A stretch of 63,372 nt of DNA, filler included, from Octopus bimaculoides (lineage: Eukaryota), in the NCBI RefSeq assembly GCF_001194135.2. It is 8 parts of 7 records of this genome, joined end to end, with 100 filler letters (N's around TTAATTAATTAA, not from the genome) between each part and the next. Parts side by side here need not be neighbours in the genome. Positions count along the whole stretch, not along the records: positions 1 to 21,284 come from NC_068987.1; 7 more parts are not named here. One strand, given 5' to 3'. This document shows positions 1-13,400 of the stretch, one piece after another; positions within the stretch are counted from its first letter, which is position 1, and each line of letters opens with the position of its first letter. Under the pieces are notes generated by a model that had not been told where the DNA came from, did no database searches, and was given only the letters and a program-made list of their open reading frames with translations. The position numbers and the translations under genes are program-made.

Positions 1-42
<42 letters not shown>

Positions 43-339
43 TGTGTGTGTGCGTCTGCTTTTGTGGTCTGCATCTATTGTCGTCTTTCATTTAATTCTA
101 CTTTATTGGGAGTCCGTCTGCAAACGTAAACTTATACACACAATCATACGTGCCTACACGCGCACATACAAAGGCACAATGCAAACTAAGACAGAGTAGG
201 GAATTAGATATTTAGAAGAGAAAAGACAATGCGAATTAAACATAAGACGAAAACGAGATCATACACTCTCAGTTATATTCAATTAAAATGCACTTACTCA
301 CACGGAGAGTGTTGCGTATATTTATATATTCTTTTCTAC

Positions 340-560
340 TCTAGGCACAAGCCCGAAATTTGGTGGGGGTGGGGCAGTCGATTAGATCGATCCAGTACGC
401 AACTGGTACTTAATTTATCGACTCCGAAAGGATGAAAGACAAAGTCGACCTTGGCGGNNNNNNNNNNGAAAGGATGAAAGACAAAGTCGACCTTGGCGGA
501 ATTTGAACTCAGAACGTAAAGACAAACGAAATACGTGCTAAAACTTCTGCCAGCTCACCG
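340..560 (-). mobile_element. SINE family A (GGCGGCGAGCTGGCAG... head), partial
   Basis: Reverse complement shares GAGTTCAAATTCCGCC...GGTCGACTTTG.CTTTCATCCTTTCGG.GTCGATAAA.TAAGTACCAG with copies at 6269, 19506 and 41391. A 32-bp overlap is duplicated across the 10-N gap. Confidence 0.75.
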
Positions 561-835
561 CCTTGCGGATATTTGCATATTGGTCAATATATGCATACAC
601 ATTTGTATAAAAGTGTATGTATTTATGTATGCATGTATGTACGTACGTATGTATGTATGTATGCATGTATGTATGTATGTATGGTTGCCTTCAGTCAGGC
701 AGGCAATGCGATCGATAGTAGCTCCACTCTAGCGTTCTATAGAGGGTTAGTNNNNNNNNNNNNNNNNNNNNNNNNNNNNNNNNNNNNNNNNNNNNNNNNN
801 NNNNNNNNNNNNNNNNNNNNNNNNNNNNNNNNNNN

Positions 836-1330
836 AGTGCTACCGAGGGGCGCTGCCTGTTCGAGATAAACTCTACCGGCTCGGAAGTGCCGTCAGCCGG
901 GCCTGCCCGAGGTGCGCTCAGGACGACGAAACCGTTCTACACGCACTCGTCCAGTGCCCGAGTATTGCTGACCTATGGGTTTATGTCGAATAGCTACTGT
1001 CACGTGTAGGACGGATCCGGTTGTCAGCTGAATCCATGGTGAAGATTGACCCGCCGACCTCCTTTAACCGGGAGGGCAAGGCAATTTTCCTATGTCTAGT
1101 GACTGTAGCGAAAGAGGTGATATGGTGGACCCGTTTGAAAGGGCTAAAGTCAGACACTTTCCTCTTTGGCCAAGGCCTCATCAACTTTATTATTATTGTT
1201 ATTATTATTATTACTTGAAAAGGAAGATGTGAGTAGAGAAGGAAGTGCTGTCTCATAGCAAATTTGTTGAAAGGTGGGTGACTGTTGGAAGAATGGCCAG
1301 TATGAACGGATCAATTCTGAGAATACACCT
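836..1330 (+). mobile_element. Tx1/L1-clade LINE, ORF2 C-terminal fragment with CCHC zinc finger
   Basis: YRGALPVRDKLYRLGSAVSRACPRCAQDDETVLHALVQCPSIADLW... contains C-x2-C-x8-H-x4-C; in-frame TAG; paralogous to 23790-24310. Confidence 0.8.
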
Positions 1331-1883
1331 GTAAGTGTGTATGTGTGTGTCTTTGTATGTATGATTTACAAGTCAGATCTTCGTTTTGGAATACCTTCTA
1401 ACAAATTCAGCAACCCTTTGAAAAATTTCTACTTATGAAACATTTGGCATCTTTGACATAAATTCAAATTACCTTCTCATTTCCAGCCGTTTACTTTAAA
1501 ACTAGCTTTTCTTTTTCCATTTCATAATTCATAACCAATCGGTACCAGAGTCACAGCTGGAGTTGTATTCTCAAGGTAATGTACCATGATTAAAACACGT
1601 CCGTTTTTCTACCGATCTATAGATTATTACATCTGGAAACTACACGTTTGGTAAGTTTATAAATCAAGATAGCTCAGCCGAAGATTGACGTTGCGTCGCA
1701 AACCAGGTAACGGTATTTGCTTTAAAAGGTTTTAACGTTTTATTAAATCGTGATTTTCCTTTCTTTTTCTCATTTTTTCTTGATGTGAATATTTGAATCA
1801 CGCAAACACGATAGAGTAAACTGAGTATTTTTAATTCAGCATTATAAGAAAATGTCTTAAAAACAAATCTTCAGAAAAATATA

Positions 1884-2074
1884 TCAAGTATTCGTGCAAC
1901 GCTCAAACACACACGCGCACACACACACGTACAAATGTACACACATGTACATATACTCGCTCCCACACAAGCACAAACACATGCTTACACAGACACACAC
2001 ATACAAATGTACACACACATATGCATATACTCGGTCCCACACAAACACAGACATACAAATACAAATATACACAC

Positions 2075-2116
<42 letters not shown>

Positions 2117-2546
2117 NNNNNNNNNNNNNNNNNNNNNNNNNNNNNNNNNNNNNNNNNNNNNNNNNNNNNNNNNNNNNNNNNNNNNNNNNNNNNNNNNNNN
2201 NNNNNNNNNNNNNNNNNNNNNNNNNNNNNNNNNNNNNNNNNNNNNNNNNNNNNNNNNNNNNNNNNNNNNNNNNNNNNNNNNNNNNNNNNNNNNNNNNNNN
2301 NNNNNNNNNNNNNNNNNNNNNNNNNNNNNNNNNNNNNNNNNNNNNNNNNNNNNNNNNNNNNNNNNNNNNNNNNNNNNNNNNNNNNNNNNNNNNNNNNNNN
2401 NNNNNNNNNNNNNNNNNNNNNNNNNNNNNNNNNNNNNNNNNNNNNNNNNNNNNNNNNNNNNNNNNNNNNNNNNNNNNNNNNNNNNNNNNNNNNNNNNNNN
2501 NNNNNNNNNNNNNNNNNNNNNNNNTATATATATATATATATATATA

Positions 2547-2582
<36 letters not shown>

Positions 2583-2980
2583 TATATATGCTAACACACA
2601 CAAAAACATAAGTACGCACATAAACGCACATACACACACACACGCATACACACACACGTACAAATGTACATACAAATGCATATACTCGCTCCCGCAAAAA
2701 CACAGGCACGCACACACACACACAAGCACACACGTACACACACATACACAGTGGTATACATGCACACACCACACGCAACTGCCAATGTTAAAAACGTAGA
2801 CATAGAATCATACATATGTATGCACGTATGCACAACGACTGTGTGCAAGATTTTTGTTCATAGATACACGCACGTAAATACACACACACACACACACATA
2901 CACACACACACACACACACACATTCACACGCACGTACGCATGCACACACAGTGTACACGTCGCGCAATACACAAATGAAC
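1884..2980. repeat. Compound (CA)/(TA)/(TACA) low-complexity repeat spanning an N gap
   Basis: The degenerate unit acacacgtacaaatgtaca...atatactcgctccc recurs on both sides of the gap. Confidence 0.9.
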
Positions 2981-3054
2981 ATAGATTGGTATACGTTCAT
3001 TTCTGTTCACTTAATGATGCTCATATACAGATGAGCAATTAATTGTGATAGTCG

Positions 3055-3125
<71 letters not shown>

Positions 3126-4069
3126 TTACTACTAGTGGTTGTGGTTATTGTGGTAATGGGTGATGGTAGTGATGATAGTGGTGGTGGTCGGTGGTAGTAG
3201 AGATGGTGGTGGTGGTTGTGGTGGTGTAAGTGGTGGTGTTGGTGTTGGTGGTGGTGGTTATTGTATTGATGGTGGTGGTAGTGATAGTGGTGGCGGTTGT
3301 GGTATTGGTAGTAGTGGTTGTGGTAGTGGAAGTGATGGTGGTAGTGGTGGTAGTGATAGTGGTGGCGGTTGTGGTATTGGTAGTAGTGGTTGTGGTNNNN
3401 NNNNNNNNNNNNNNNNNNNNNNNNNNNNNNNNNNNNNNNNNNNNNNNNNNNNNNNNNNNNNNNNNNNNNNNNNNNNNNNNNNNNNNNNNNNNNNNNNNNN
3501 NNNNNNNNNNNNNNNNNNNNNNNNNNNNNNNNNNNNNNNNNNNNNNNNNNNNNNNNNNNNNNNNNNNNNNNNNNNNNNNNNNNNNNNNNNNNNNNNNNNN
3601 NNNNNNNNNNNNNNNNNNNNNNNNNNNNNNNNNNNNNNNNNNNNNNNNNNNNNNNNNNNNNNNNNNNNNNNNNNNNNNNNNNNNNNNNNNNNNNNNNNNN
3701 NNNNNNNNNNNNNNNNNNNNNNNNNNNNNNNNNNNNNNNNNNNNNNNNNNNNNNNNNNNNNNNNNNNNNNNNNNNNNNNNNNNNNNNNNNNNNNNNNNNN
3801 NNNNNNNNNNNNNNNNNNNNNNNNNNNNNNNNNNNNNNNNNNNNNNNNNNNNNNNNNNNNNNNNNNNNNNNNNNNNNNNNNNNNNNNNNNNNNNNNNNNN
3901 NNNNNNNNNNNNNNNNNNNNNNNNNNNNNNNNNNNNNNNNNNNNNNNNNNNNNNNNNNNNNNNNNNNNNNNNNNNNNNNNNNNNNNNNNNNNNNNNNNNN
4001 NNNNNNNNNNNNNNNNNNNNNNNNNNNNNNNNNNNNNNNNNNNNNAAGAATGATGATGATGAGGATGAC

Positions 4070-4126
<57 letters not shown>

Positions 4127-4320
4127 AAAAACAAAAAGCAAATAGGAACAAAAAGACGAACAAATAATTTAGATTAAAATAAAATTCAATAAGTAAGATA
4201 ATCAATGATGAGGTAAGATTTTTAAAAATGGATGAAGAAGAATGTAAAGAACGAAACAGAGCAACAACAACAACAACAATAACAACAACAGCAACAACAA
4301 CAGCAACAGCAACAACAACG
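3055..4320. repeat. (CTA)n, (GGT)n, (GAT)n and (CAA)n trinucleotide microsatellites around an N gap
   Basis: Directly visible. Confidence 0.95.
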
Positions 4321-6016
4321 ACCATGGGCATGATAAGATTTCCCTTGTTTCATTGTCAATGGTCTGCTAGCGGCCAGCCCCCTTAATTGTCAGCTAACAT
4401 CTTGATTTAAGTAATGGTTGCATTGTTCAATTAAATGGAGTTGCGTGAAACGATCGTACCGTATTACCTCTGGAGATCCTTGTTGCTTATTTTGATTTAT
4501 ATATATATATATATATACACGCACACATAGAAAGAGAGAAAGAGAAAGAGTGGGACAGTGAAACAGAGAGCAGTACATTTTCAGGCGATGGAAAGAGAAA
4601 GGACGGGTGAGTAGGCAGATTGTTTTGACAATTCAAATCAACGAGATTTGGAGACGTTGCTTGAAGGTGTTTCTAATATTTACTTGTATTACACAAAAAC
4701 GGATAATATACCACACACACACGAACGCACGCACACACGCACACACACGCGCTCACACACACACGTACACGCACAAACAGACATATATCTGCACGCATAT
4801 CTATGTACATATATTCACACATATATGCATATATTTATATGTATATATATATATGTATGTATGCTTATATATATATATATATATATATAAGCATACATAC
4901 CATACATATATATATATATACACANNNNNNNNNNNNNNNNNNNNNNNNNNNNNNNNNNNNNNNNNNNNNNNNNNNNNNNNNNNNNNNNNNNNNNNNNNNN
5001 NNNNNNNNNNNNNNNNNNNNNNNNNNNNNNNNNNNNNTATATATATATATATATATATATTTATGGTTCAAAATTTTATAGAAAAACAAAAAACACACCT
5101 CAGAGACAAGTGAGAGAACAACAGAAAAGATGTATTAGTTTGACGTTCAGAGGAAATGGAAGAAGCCTTTGACGTTTCGAGCCTACGCTCTTCTACAAAA
5201 AGGAATGAGGAGAGAAAACAGATCAATATTACAACCCCGCCACACACACACAAACGCACACATACATACATAAATATACACCTATAGTATGCAGGATGCA
5301 TATCTATACTTATGTGTATGATATGTATGTATTCTATATCTGTAGATAGGTAAGTATGGTACACAACTGCCGACGAAGACTGCGAAGAGTCGAAACATAC
5401 GTATACTTATTCCCACTCTTTGTATCCATAAGCATTATACCCACGAACAGTTTTAAATCGTCGTAACATCTGTTGGCTAAAATACCTATAGATATATTCT
5501 ACAGTACTATATAGCAGAGAAACGAATATTCTAATATTCGTTCTTGCTGTCAAGAATACTGTATATATGAACATTAGTATATCCAGTTTACTTTAAATCT
5601 CAAATATTAGTGGATTTATAACGAATGTATTTGTATATAGAAAGGAGTGAAACTTTGTTGCTTCCCGTTTTTAGGTCTACACACATTATCATTATTAAAA
5701 TTTAACGTCCGTTGTCCATGCTAGCGTAGGTTGGACGGTTTGACTAGGGCTGGCAAGCTGAGGGGCTGCACCAGACTCCAGTCTGATTTGGCATGGTTTC
5801 TTCGTTTGCAATCGTTGTAACCTATAGCACTGGCCCAAAACACTATGTAGAAGTGTACATTTAAAAACCCCCTCTCTCTCTCACACACACACACACATAC
5901 ACACACATAACTTTAATCAATTTAAACCTTCTATAATATCTTTCCATCAGAACTTATTCTGCAGTCTAATTACCATTCAGCACTTGCCTTAGGTAAAAAA
6001 AAAAAACTGATCAGAG

Positions 6017-6612
6017 AGTATATATACGGTAAAGACCCCCTTCGGTCATGAATGACCATCAGATTGCACCTAGAAAGTCTCCCTCCGAGGTACAAGTCCG
6101 GGCAATGTTGTTTATGGAAGACCAGTAGTCGTCCATGCATACAAGCCTCCTCTCTCCATGCTACCGATGCTATCTAAGGGAAAGGAAAAGGCCAATACAG
6201 CTTGGCACCAGTGATGTTGCCACTCATTTCTAAAACTGAGTGAACTGGAGCAACGTGAAATAAAGTGTTATTTCTTTACTAACCACAAGGGGCTACACAG
6301 AGAGGGGACAAACAAGGACAGACACACGGATTAAGTCGATTATATCAACCCCAGTTCGTAACTGGTACTTATTTAATCGACCCCGAAAGGAAGAAAGACA
6401 AAGTCGACCGCGGCAGAATTTGAACTCAGAATGTAGCGGCAAACGAAATACCGCTAAGCATTTCGCCCGGCGTGCTAACGTTTCTGCCAGCTCGCCGCCT
6501 TGAAATAAAGTGTATTCCTCAAGAACACAACACAGAACTCGGTCTGGGAATCGAACTCACTACCACATGACTGTGATCCCTACGCTCTAACCAGAGAGCC
6601 ATGCGCCTTCAA
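6017..6612 (-). mobile_element. tRNA-derived SINE (host), interrupted by a nested SINE
   Basis: Minus-strand head TGAAGGCGCATGGCTCTCTGGTTAGAGC...GAGTTCGATTCCC carries A- and B-box-like motifs; the body continues on the far side of the 6269-6500 insertion. Confidence 0.75.
6269..6500 (-). mobile_element. Full-length SINE family A copy with 13-bp target-site duplication
   Basis: TGAAATAAAGTGT at 6256-6268 and 6501-6513 flanks the insert. Confidence 0.85.
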
Positions 6613-7415
6613 AGAGAGTATATAACGACAGGTAAACTCAAATGTATTGCAGTTAGTGGAAAGACGCGCAGGCCGAAACTTCGAAGTCACAGTCACCAAT
6701 GTATAATAAATATATACTCTACAAAAAGTATTGAGTAATATTTTAACTTAACGTTAAATAGTCCTAATAACTCGCTATAAAAATAAACATGTGTTTGTGT
6801 GCGCATGTACATATATATACATATGTGTGTGTGTGCGTGCGTTTATACACATACTCACATATACACACACATATATATACAGTTTACATATTTGCACGTG
6901 CATGCATATGCGTGTGTATGGTTAGTAGCATATTTGCATTTCATTTAAATAAGGCATATAAGAAATAATTAACCTTAATCTTAACAGTCTTGGAGTTGAC
7001 GGCTGTGGATCAGAGCAGGCAGCTAGCACTGGTGACACCATTCTAGTCTGCCAGGTTAATGACCATGATAAAGAGCAAAACATCTTGCATGAAGAATTAT
7101 TGGTCGTTCTACAGATCTTGTTGGAAGATACTGCGAGGTGCGGAGAGCTCCTCAGTCATTTTGGCAATCTGCATTTTTTGAAGCTTAATTGTCTTGAGTT
7201 TATTATCATACTTCTTGGAATGCGTATAGCTTCATGCTGAGAGAGTAAAGTCTGATGTGCGACCATTTCTTTATACGATCTACTTATGCACATATAAGAT
7301 CATCTTCAAATTTTGGCAATGAACCTCCTCCTCCTCCTCCTCCTCCTCCTCCTCCTCCTCATCATCATCATCATCATCATCACCACTATCTTCANNNNNN
7401 NNNNCCTCCTCCTCC

Positions 7416-7455
<40 letters not shown>

Positions 7456-7873
7456 TATCATCACCACTATCTTCATTATGAGAATCTATCTAATTATCTC
7501 TTTGTGTGATAATGTGTGAGTGTATATGTATATGCAATATTCTCATTTGAACATAAGCGCCAAATTGCTGCAGTCTTTACAATTTGCTCTCTACCCAACT
7601 CACATAACGAGCATTATGTATAAGAATATAATCCCCGTGATGACAGTTGAGTAACCTTAAACATCAGTATGAAGCTGAGTTATTGCATTTATGAGAAATA
7701 TATTTCAAAATGTGTTGAGTGTTTTATTGAATAGTTTTCTTAATAGTTCAATTACAGAATGAAATATATATATATATATATATATATAGATAATGAAATT
7801 ACATGTGTGTGCGAGCGCATGTATGTATATATGTATGTATAAATAGATAGATAGATAGATAGATGGATGGCTT

Positions 7874-7909
<36 letters not shown>

Positions 7910-8998
7910 CTACTGGCAGATAGAAACTGCCCACTTTAAAAAGAGTTGTAAACGGACCGACACCACTCCATATCCTGGAAATGTGATTAAGGAAATCTGG
8001 AAATGTTGATAAAATGAAATTAGGAACGTTATTGTTGTGCATTAAGTACGAGTGCCACATATGCAGATTCCAAATACCCTTAAGAACAAAGATTACATAA
8101 GAAAATATATTCAAGGTATGCCTAAAAGAAAAGTTGTTCCCTATGTATACAAATACATGTGTTTGTGACTGTGTGACTATGTGCATGTGGTCGTCCGTGC
8201 CCGTGGGGGATAGGTAGGTTGGTAGATAGAGAGAGATAAGTAGGTAGATAGATAGAAAGATTGATAATGTGGTAACTAGACACTCAATGATTTCAAAGGG
8301 CGTACCTTCAACTCGTCGAAACGAAGAATTCTTTTTGGGAGAATGCTCAACGTATAAATTGTTAGACGAGCTCGACCAAAGTCGAATGGCGTGCAAGATA
8401 TACATACGAAAGAATGTCCTTCGATGTACCATATAAAAGTGATGTGTGGCATATTTATCTCATAGTGAGAACGAGGGACAGAAAGGGAGAAAGAGTGAAA
8501 GGAGGAGGGAAGAGTAGGGAAGACGGGAAGGTGGAAGGAAGAGAAAAGAGACACTGGTAAAAGCAGATGCATACAGTGAGAAGCATACACACGAATGCAT
8601 TCACAGTAAAAACAAGTAGAGCGGCAGGACACCCACAAATCAAAAGGTGGGATAAACCTTTATAATTAGTGACATTAAAATTTAATAGCTGACAAGTTTT
8701 CTTAATGGCTTACTTTATATAGTTATTTTCTCTTTACAAGCTAAAAACGAGATTCCTATTTATTGCGGTTGATTGAAAACAATCATGTTACGTAGGGGAA
8801 CTATAATTAGTTCAGGTGCCAAATATGGAGGGGTAGAAGGCTATATAATTAGCTTATTATTTGTACAATGTTGTTGATTAGTGAACTGAAAGAGGTAAAA
8901 ATAGAGAATGCCACTTCGAGGATGGTGCAGAAAGCACGAAACAATGTTTTGTGTTGAATGGTAAAACCGAGAGCGAGCGACTGAGAGAGAGAGACAGA

Positions 8999-9046
<48 letters not shown>

Positions 9047-9295
9047 GGAGAGAGAGAGAGAGAGAGAGAGAGAAGGTGAGAAAGAGAGAGCGGAACAGTG
9101 AGAGAAGGAGTTTGTGGAGGTGGGGAAGAAAGGGCAAGTTTCTCATAGCTGAAAGTAAAATGAAGACAGTTTTTTTCGTACTTTCGAGACGTAATTGTGA
9201 ATGAGTGTTACTAAATCAGAATTTAGGTGTGCGTGTTTATATGTACGTATGCGTGTCCATCCATCCATCTATCTGCCTGTCTGTCTGTTTGGCTG

Positions 9296-10009
9296 TCAGC
9301 CAGTTTATTTGGAGAAAGAATGACACAGAATACGCTCCAAAGAATACTAACATTGCAGTCAAATTCGGAGGCGGATTAGTAATGGTATGGGTTGGCTTTT
9401 TCTCATCAGGTGTTGGAAGGATAGAAATAATAGAAAATATAGGAGGATTTTAGAAGGATGTTTAATACCTCACTCTCAAAACTTAGAACAAGGATGGGAC
9501 TTTCCTTAGGATAATGATTCAAAGCATACAGCAAAAGCTGACGAAGGAATGGATGAAAGCAGATGAGATTTAATGTTCTGGAATGGCCAAGTCAATCTCT
9601 AGAACTTAATCCAAACGAAAATTTGTGGAAACAATTGAAATTCAGAGTTCAAAAAAGAAATCTGTGTAACTTACAAAAATTGAAAAGAATTTGTGTATAA
9701 GGATAGGGAACATGTGGTGAGGCTTACTTTTCGATATTCAAAGCGCCTGCAATCTCTCATCATCAACAAGTGTTATGCAACTAAATACTGATTTGATTGT
9801 ATAAATGTGTTGTAAAATTTTGCATTTGGAATTTCATTTTTGTTTTTGCATATAAAATTTTTCCATTCATTATTATGTAATTGTGACTGTTGCATTGAAT
9901 TTATAAAAAAAAACCCTCATAAATGGTGGAAATTTCATTAAGCTGCGTTAACTCAATATGTGAAAAGTTGGATTTTTGACTGTGTGTTGTAAACTTTTGC
10001 GGGTCACTG
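9296..10009 (+). mobile_element. Tc1-family DNA transposon, decayed 3' half
   Basis: IWRKNDTEYAPKNTNIAVKFGGGLVMVW, then (Q)DNDSKHT and LEWPSQSLELNPNENLW motifs. Right end ...GGGTCACTG|TA is a Tc1-type CAGTG terminus with a TA target. Confidence 0.85.
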
Positions 10010-11520
10010 TACACACACACAGACACTCCACACTCATACGCACGCATATATGTATGTGTATAGAGAAGGAAGGCAAAAAGTCCAACTCGTCTTTTATATT
10101 TTATGTCCTATGTACGCGTTGAAGGAAGTCAACCACCGCTATTACATATGCCAGTGTGCCCTAATTACGCAACACAATGCAACCGATTTATTTCGTCAGT
10201 ATCATCAAAAATAGTCCCCTGCTGAGAGATCTCGTTGACAGGTACGGCAAGAGGACACATTTTGGGGTATAAGATGACAGATTTGCAAGTGCAGGGAGTA
10301 GTGAAAAGAAGTATTCTGGTGCAGAGTACAGGGCAGTTTTCATCATTCTGTTTTTGTACCAAATACAGGAGTCCGGTGGCAAAGAATATAAAAACTACGA
10401 AAAGGCCCCTTGCAATACTTTCATTTCTATTAATGATCAGGTGTAAATAATTTGTAAATAAGCTTGAGGTAGAAGTTACTGAGCAGAATCATCCTACCAC
10501 CACCACCACCATCAAGCACTTTGCACGTATACCTGGATCTTCTAACGCACTACACTGCACGGTCATTGACCACTTCATTTGCAGCACTCACCTTAGCAAT
10601 TTTGAACACTTGGGTTATATAACACTTTGGATTGCATGGACACTGTGCGGAGTTGAATAGGGCGAATTAAAATTGAAGTGCATGCCATGCAAACAATATT
10701 TAGAACTCTATGTACATTCCTTATATATAGAAAGAGAATGGTGTAAAAAGAACTAATGTTCTATAGTCAAGATTTATAAAAATTTTATCTTCTTCATTGC
10801 TACAAAGATCAGAGTACATATAGGAAAAACAAAATAGGAGAAATGGTTCTAAAGTAACCAAAATATTTACGAACCAAATCTCCATTTCTTTTTCTGAGTT
10901 CGTGTAGATATCTTTCTTCCTCTTCCTTTTTAATTGTGTCAGTCATTGGACGGTGGTCTTGCTGGGGCACCGCCTGGGAGAAATTGGACGAACGAATCCA
11001 CCCCAGTACTTGTTTTTCAGTGCCAATAGTAATCCTTCTATTGGTCTCTTCTGCCAAAATACTAAGACAACAAACTGAGCTGCATTTGAACTAAGAACGT
11101 TGTGCACCGGAACAAATACGGTAAGGCGTTAACAGTTCTGTCAATCCGACGCCATAATACATACATACATACATACATACATACATACATACATACATCT
11201 AGAATGATATACATTTTAAAGGCATACCCATGACAGAACGAAAGAAAAAAGGTCGGCAGTAGAGTATCGCATATTTTAAGACCTAACATTTATTCCGTCA
11301 CCTTCAAACAAGGTATTTACCAAAGTGTCTGATCTACGTAAAAGTGTTTTCCAATGAATCTCAGAAGGAAAATTAAAAGAGTACTTGAAAAAAATTTCCT
11401 GTTGACAAGACAAATAAAGATTTATCTTAGCTGTTTAAGCACTTCAGGGTTAATTTTACAACCAGCCAACGCTGTCAAGTACGTTTTCATCCGAATCAAC
11501 GAAAGGAAAAGATGGGTTAC

Positions 11521-11820
11521 GCATCACTTATAAAATGTCATTACCGATTATCAAATCCAGGAAGCCACACACAAAGTGAAGAATTGATCCTACTAGCTCA
11601 TAATCAGCTTCTACGTACTGTGTTGCAAAAGGCTATAATAGATATAATAAAAGAAATTTCCTATAAGCAATAAAGCAACGCAAAGCAAATGGACAACGAA
11701 GCAAGCAATAATACGGAAGACACACGATGCAATTTTTGAGGACTGATCAGTTTTCTTTTCATGTTGATGATTCAACTCTTCAAAGAATGAAGTTTTTATT
11801 GTTAGCTTTTATCTTTTACC
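11521..11820 (+). mobile_element. hAT (Charlie/Buster, ZBED8/SCAND3-like) transposase fragment
   Basis: Frameshifted EELILLA..QLLRTVLQK..IDIIKEI and FLRTDQFSFHVDDSTL...LLLAF resemble the family motif EELILPA...LRTVLHK...FSLQLDESTL...LLLAYVR. Confidence 0.55.
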
Positions 11821-11986
11821 ATTTACTCATTTCAAACACCTTGAAAGGCCATACTGGAACACCTTTGAAGGTCAAATCGCTTCCGGTTCTTATCTTAAAC
11901 TCTGGTACTTATTTTACAGATCTCTTATGCCGAACCACTAAACAAACCAATACCGGTTGTCAAGCAGTAGAGAAGCGGAGAAATAG

Positions 11987-12095
<109 letters not shown>

Positions 12096-12626
12096 CACAC
12101 ACACACATATTACATGGAAAACCTGGAAAAGTACAAGACAAGTTATTACATTTGGAAAAGTTCAGGACAACTTATTACATTTAATAAAGTACAGAACAAG
12201 AACATTTTTACTTAAAATATTGCAGCTAAGGATAAAATTTCAAATAAAATATTTAGATTTAGAAAACATTAGATTTTATTAAGACTAAATGTTTTATTAC
12301 AAGTTTATTACATCTATTTGTTATTGTTACTTCTGTTAAAAATTTAAAATAACTCAAAATATATATTTTTTGTGCTTTAAAAAAATTCATTTTTTTAATT
12401 ATCAATTAATAATCAGAAATTTGAAAATAGGTTATAAAAAATAATAGTAGTACATAATTAGTTAGTACAATAAATAATACAAAAATTAGTTATACATTAC
12501 AGTAAACTTTACCTATATCGACAAATTCACAGTAAAATTTGCTTGAATTATTGCCAAGTCTTCACATTTTTAGTCTTGACCCAATGCCTATTTTTTACAT
12601 TATGGATTTGCCTACGATATATACTA

Positions 12627-13400
12627 TTCTTCGTGGTGGGTATCACGATCGCTGCTTATATTCTTTGCTCGATGTTTTAGGCACTGAGCAATCCCTCTCT
12701 TTACACTGTATAGATGGTGGGAATTGAAGTTGAGGTATCGTCCAGTAAAGGTCGGCTTGCGGTATACCGTAAAGAGAGGAATGGCTCAGTGCCTAAAACA
12801 TCGAGCAAAGAATATAAGCAGCGATCGTGATACCCACCACGAAGAAATGATCAAGCTCAGTAACAATCTATTAAGCAACAACTACCCCCAAAACATAATA
12901 TCTACTCCAATTATGAAGAAAAGAGGGGATGAAACCAATAAACTGTCTACAATCTTCTCTACGTGAAAGGCCTCTCCAAAAAGATACAAAAAATATGCAG
13001 TCCATATGACATTAGGACAGTATTCAAGAGTAATACAACACTTCGCAAATATTTCCTTCGTGTAAAACCACCAATAGAAGAGAATATGACCAAAAACTGC
13101 GTGTACTCCATCCCATGCAGCCCCTCAAAATAAGGGGAGATGAACATCGCAAAGCTGTGATACGCGGAGATATTGATAAATCGGGTATAGCTGATCATGT
13201 ATGGAAAAATGAAGACCACCTCCCCCTGTGGGATGAAGTTAAAATAATAGACAGAGAACACCACTGGAAAATACGAAAACTAAAATAAGCAGCACATATG
13301 TTAGGACACAACAACCTCCTAAGTAGACCGAATGCAGATATGAATAGCATATGCTGTCCGTCTTGCGGCCTGTACTCAAGAAGAAAACACACTTACGTAG
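12627..13400 (+). mobile_element. Penelope/Poseidon-type PLE, 5'-truncated with inverted 5' segment; RT thumb plus GIY-YIG remnant
   Basis: Minus strand VYRKPTFTGRYLNFNSHH (thumb motif). Plus strand KRGMAQCLKHRAK...NNYPQNII, then VYSIPCS...EHRKAVIRGDIDKSGIADHVW...WKIRKLK. Confidence 0.85.

Noticed and set aside
426-499. 32-bp direct repeat (similar case at 7323-7470)
   Set aside because: Unmerged contig overlap across a 10-N gap.
1884-5113. Long ORFs in the track here and at 15.4-16.4, 26.2-27.2, 29.8-30.7 and 36.0-36.8 kb
   Set aside because: They are translations of dinucleotide repeats and N gaps.
6990-7250. Possible R4-type 3' remnant on the minus strand
   Set aside because: Similarity (IPKKYDNKLKTIKL...) is too weak to call.
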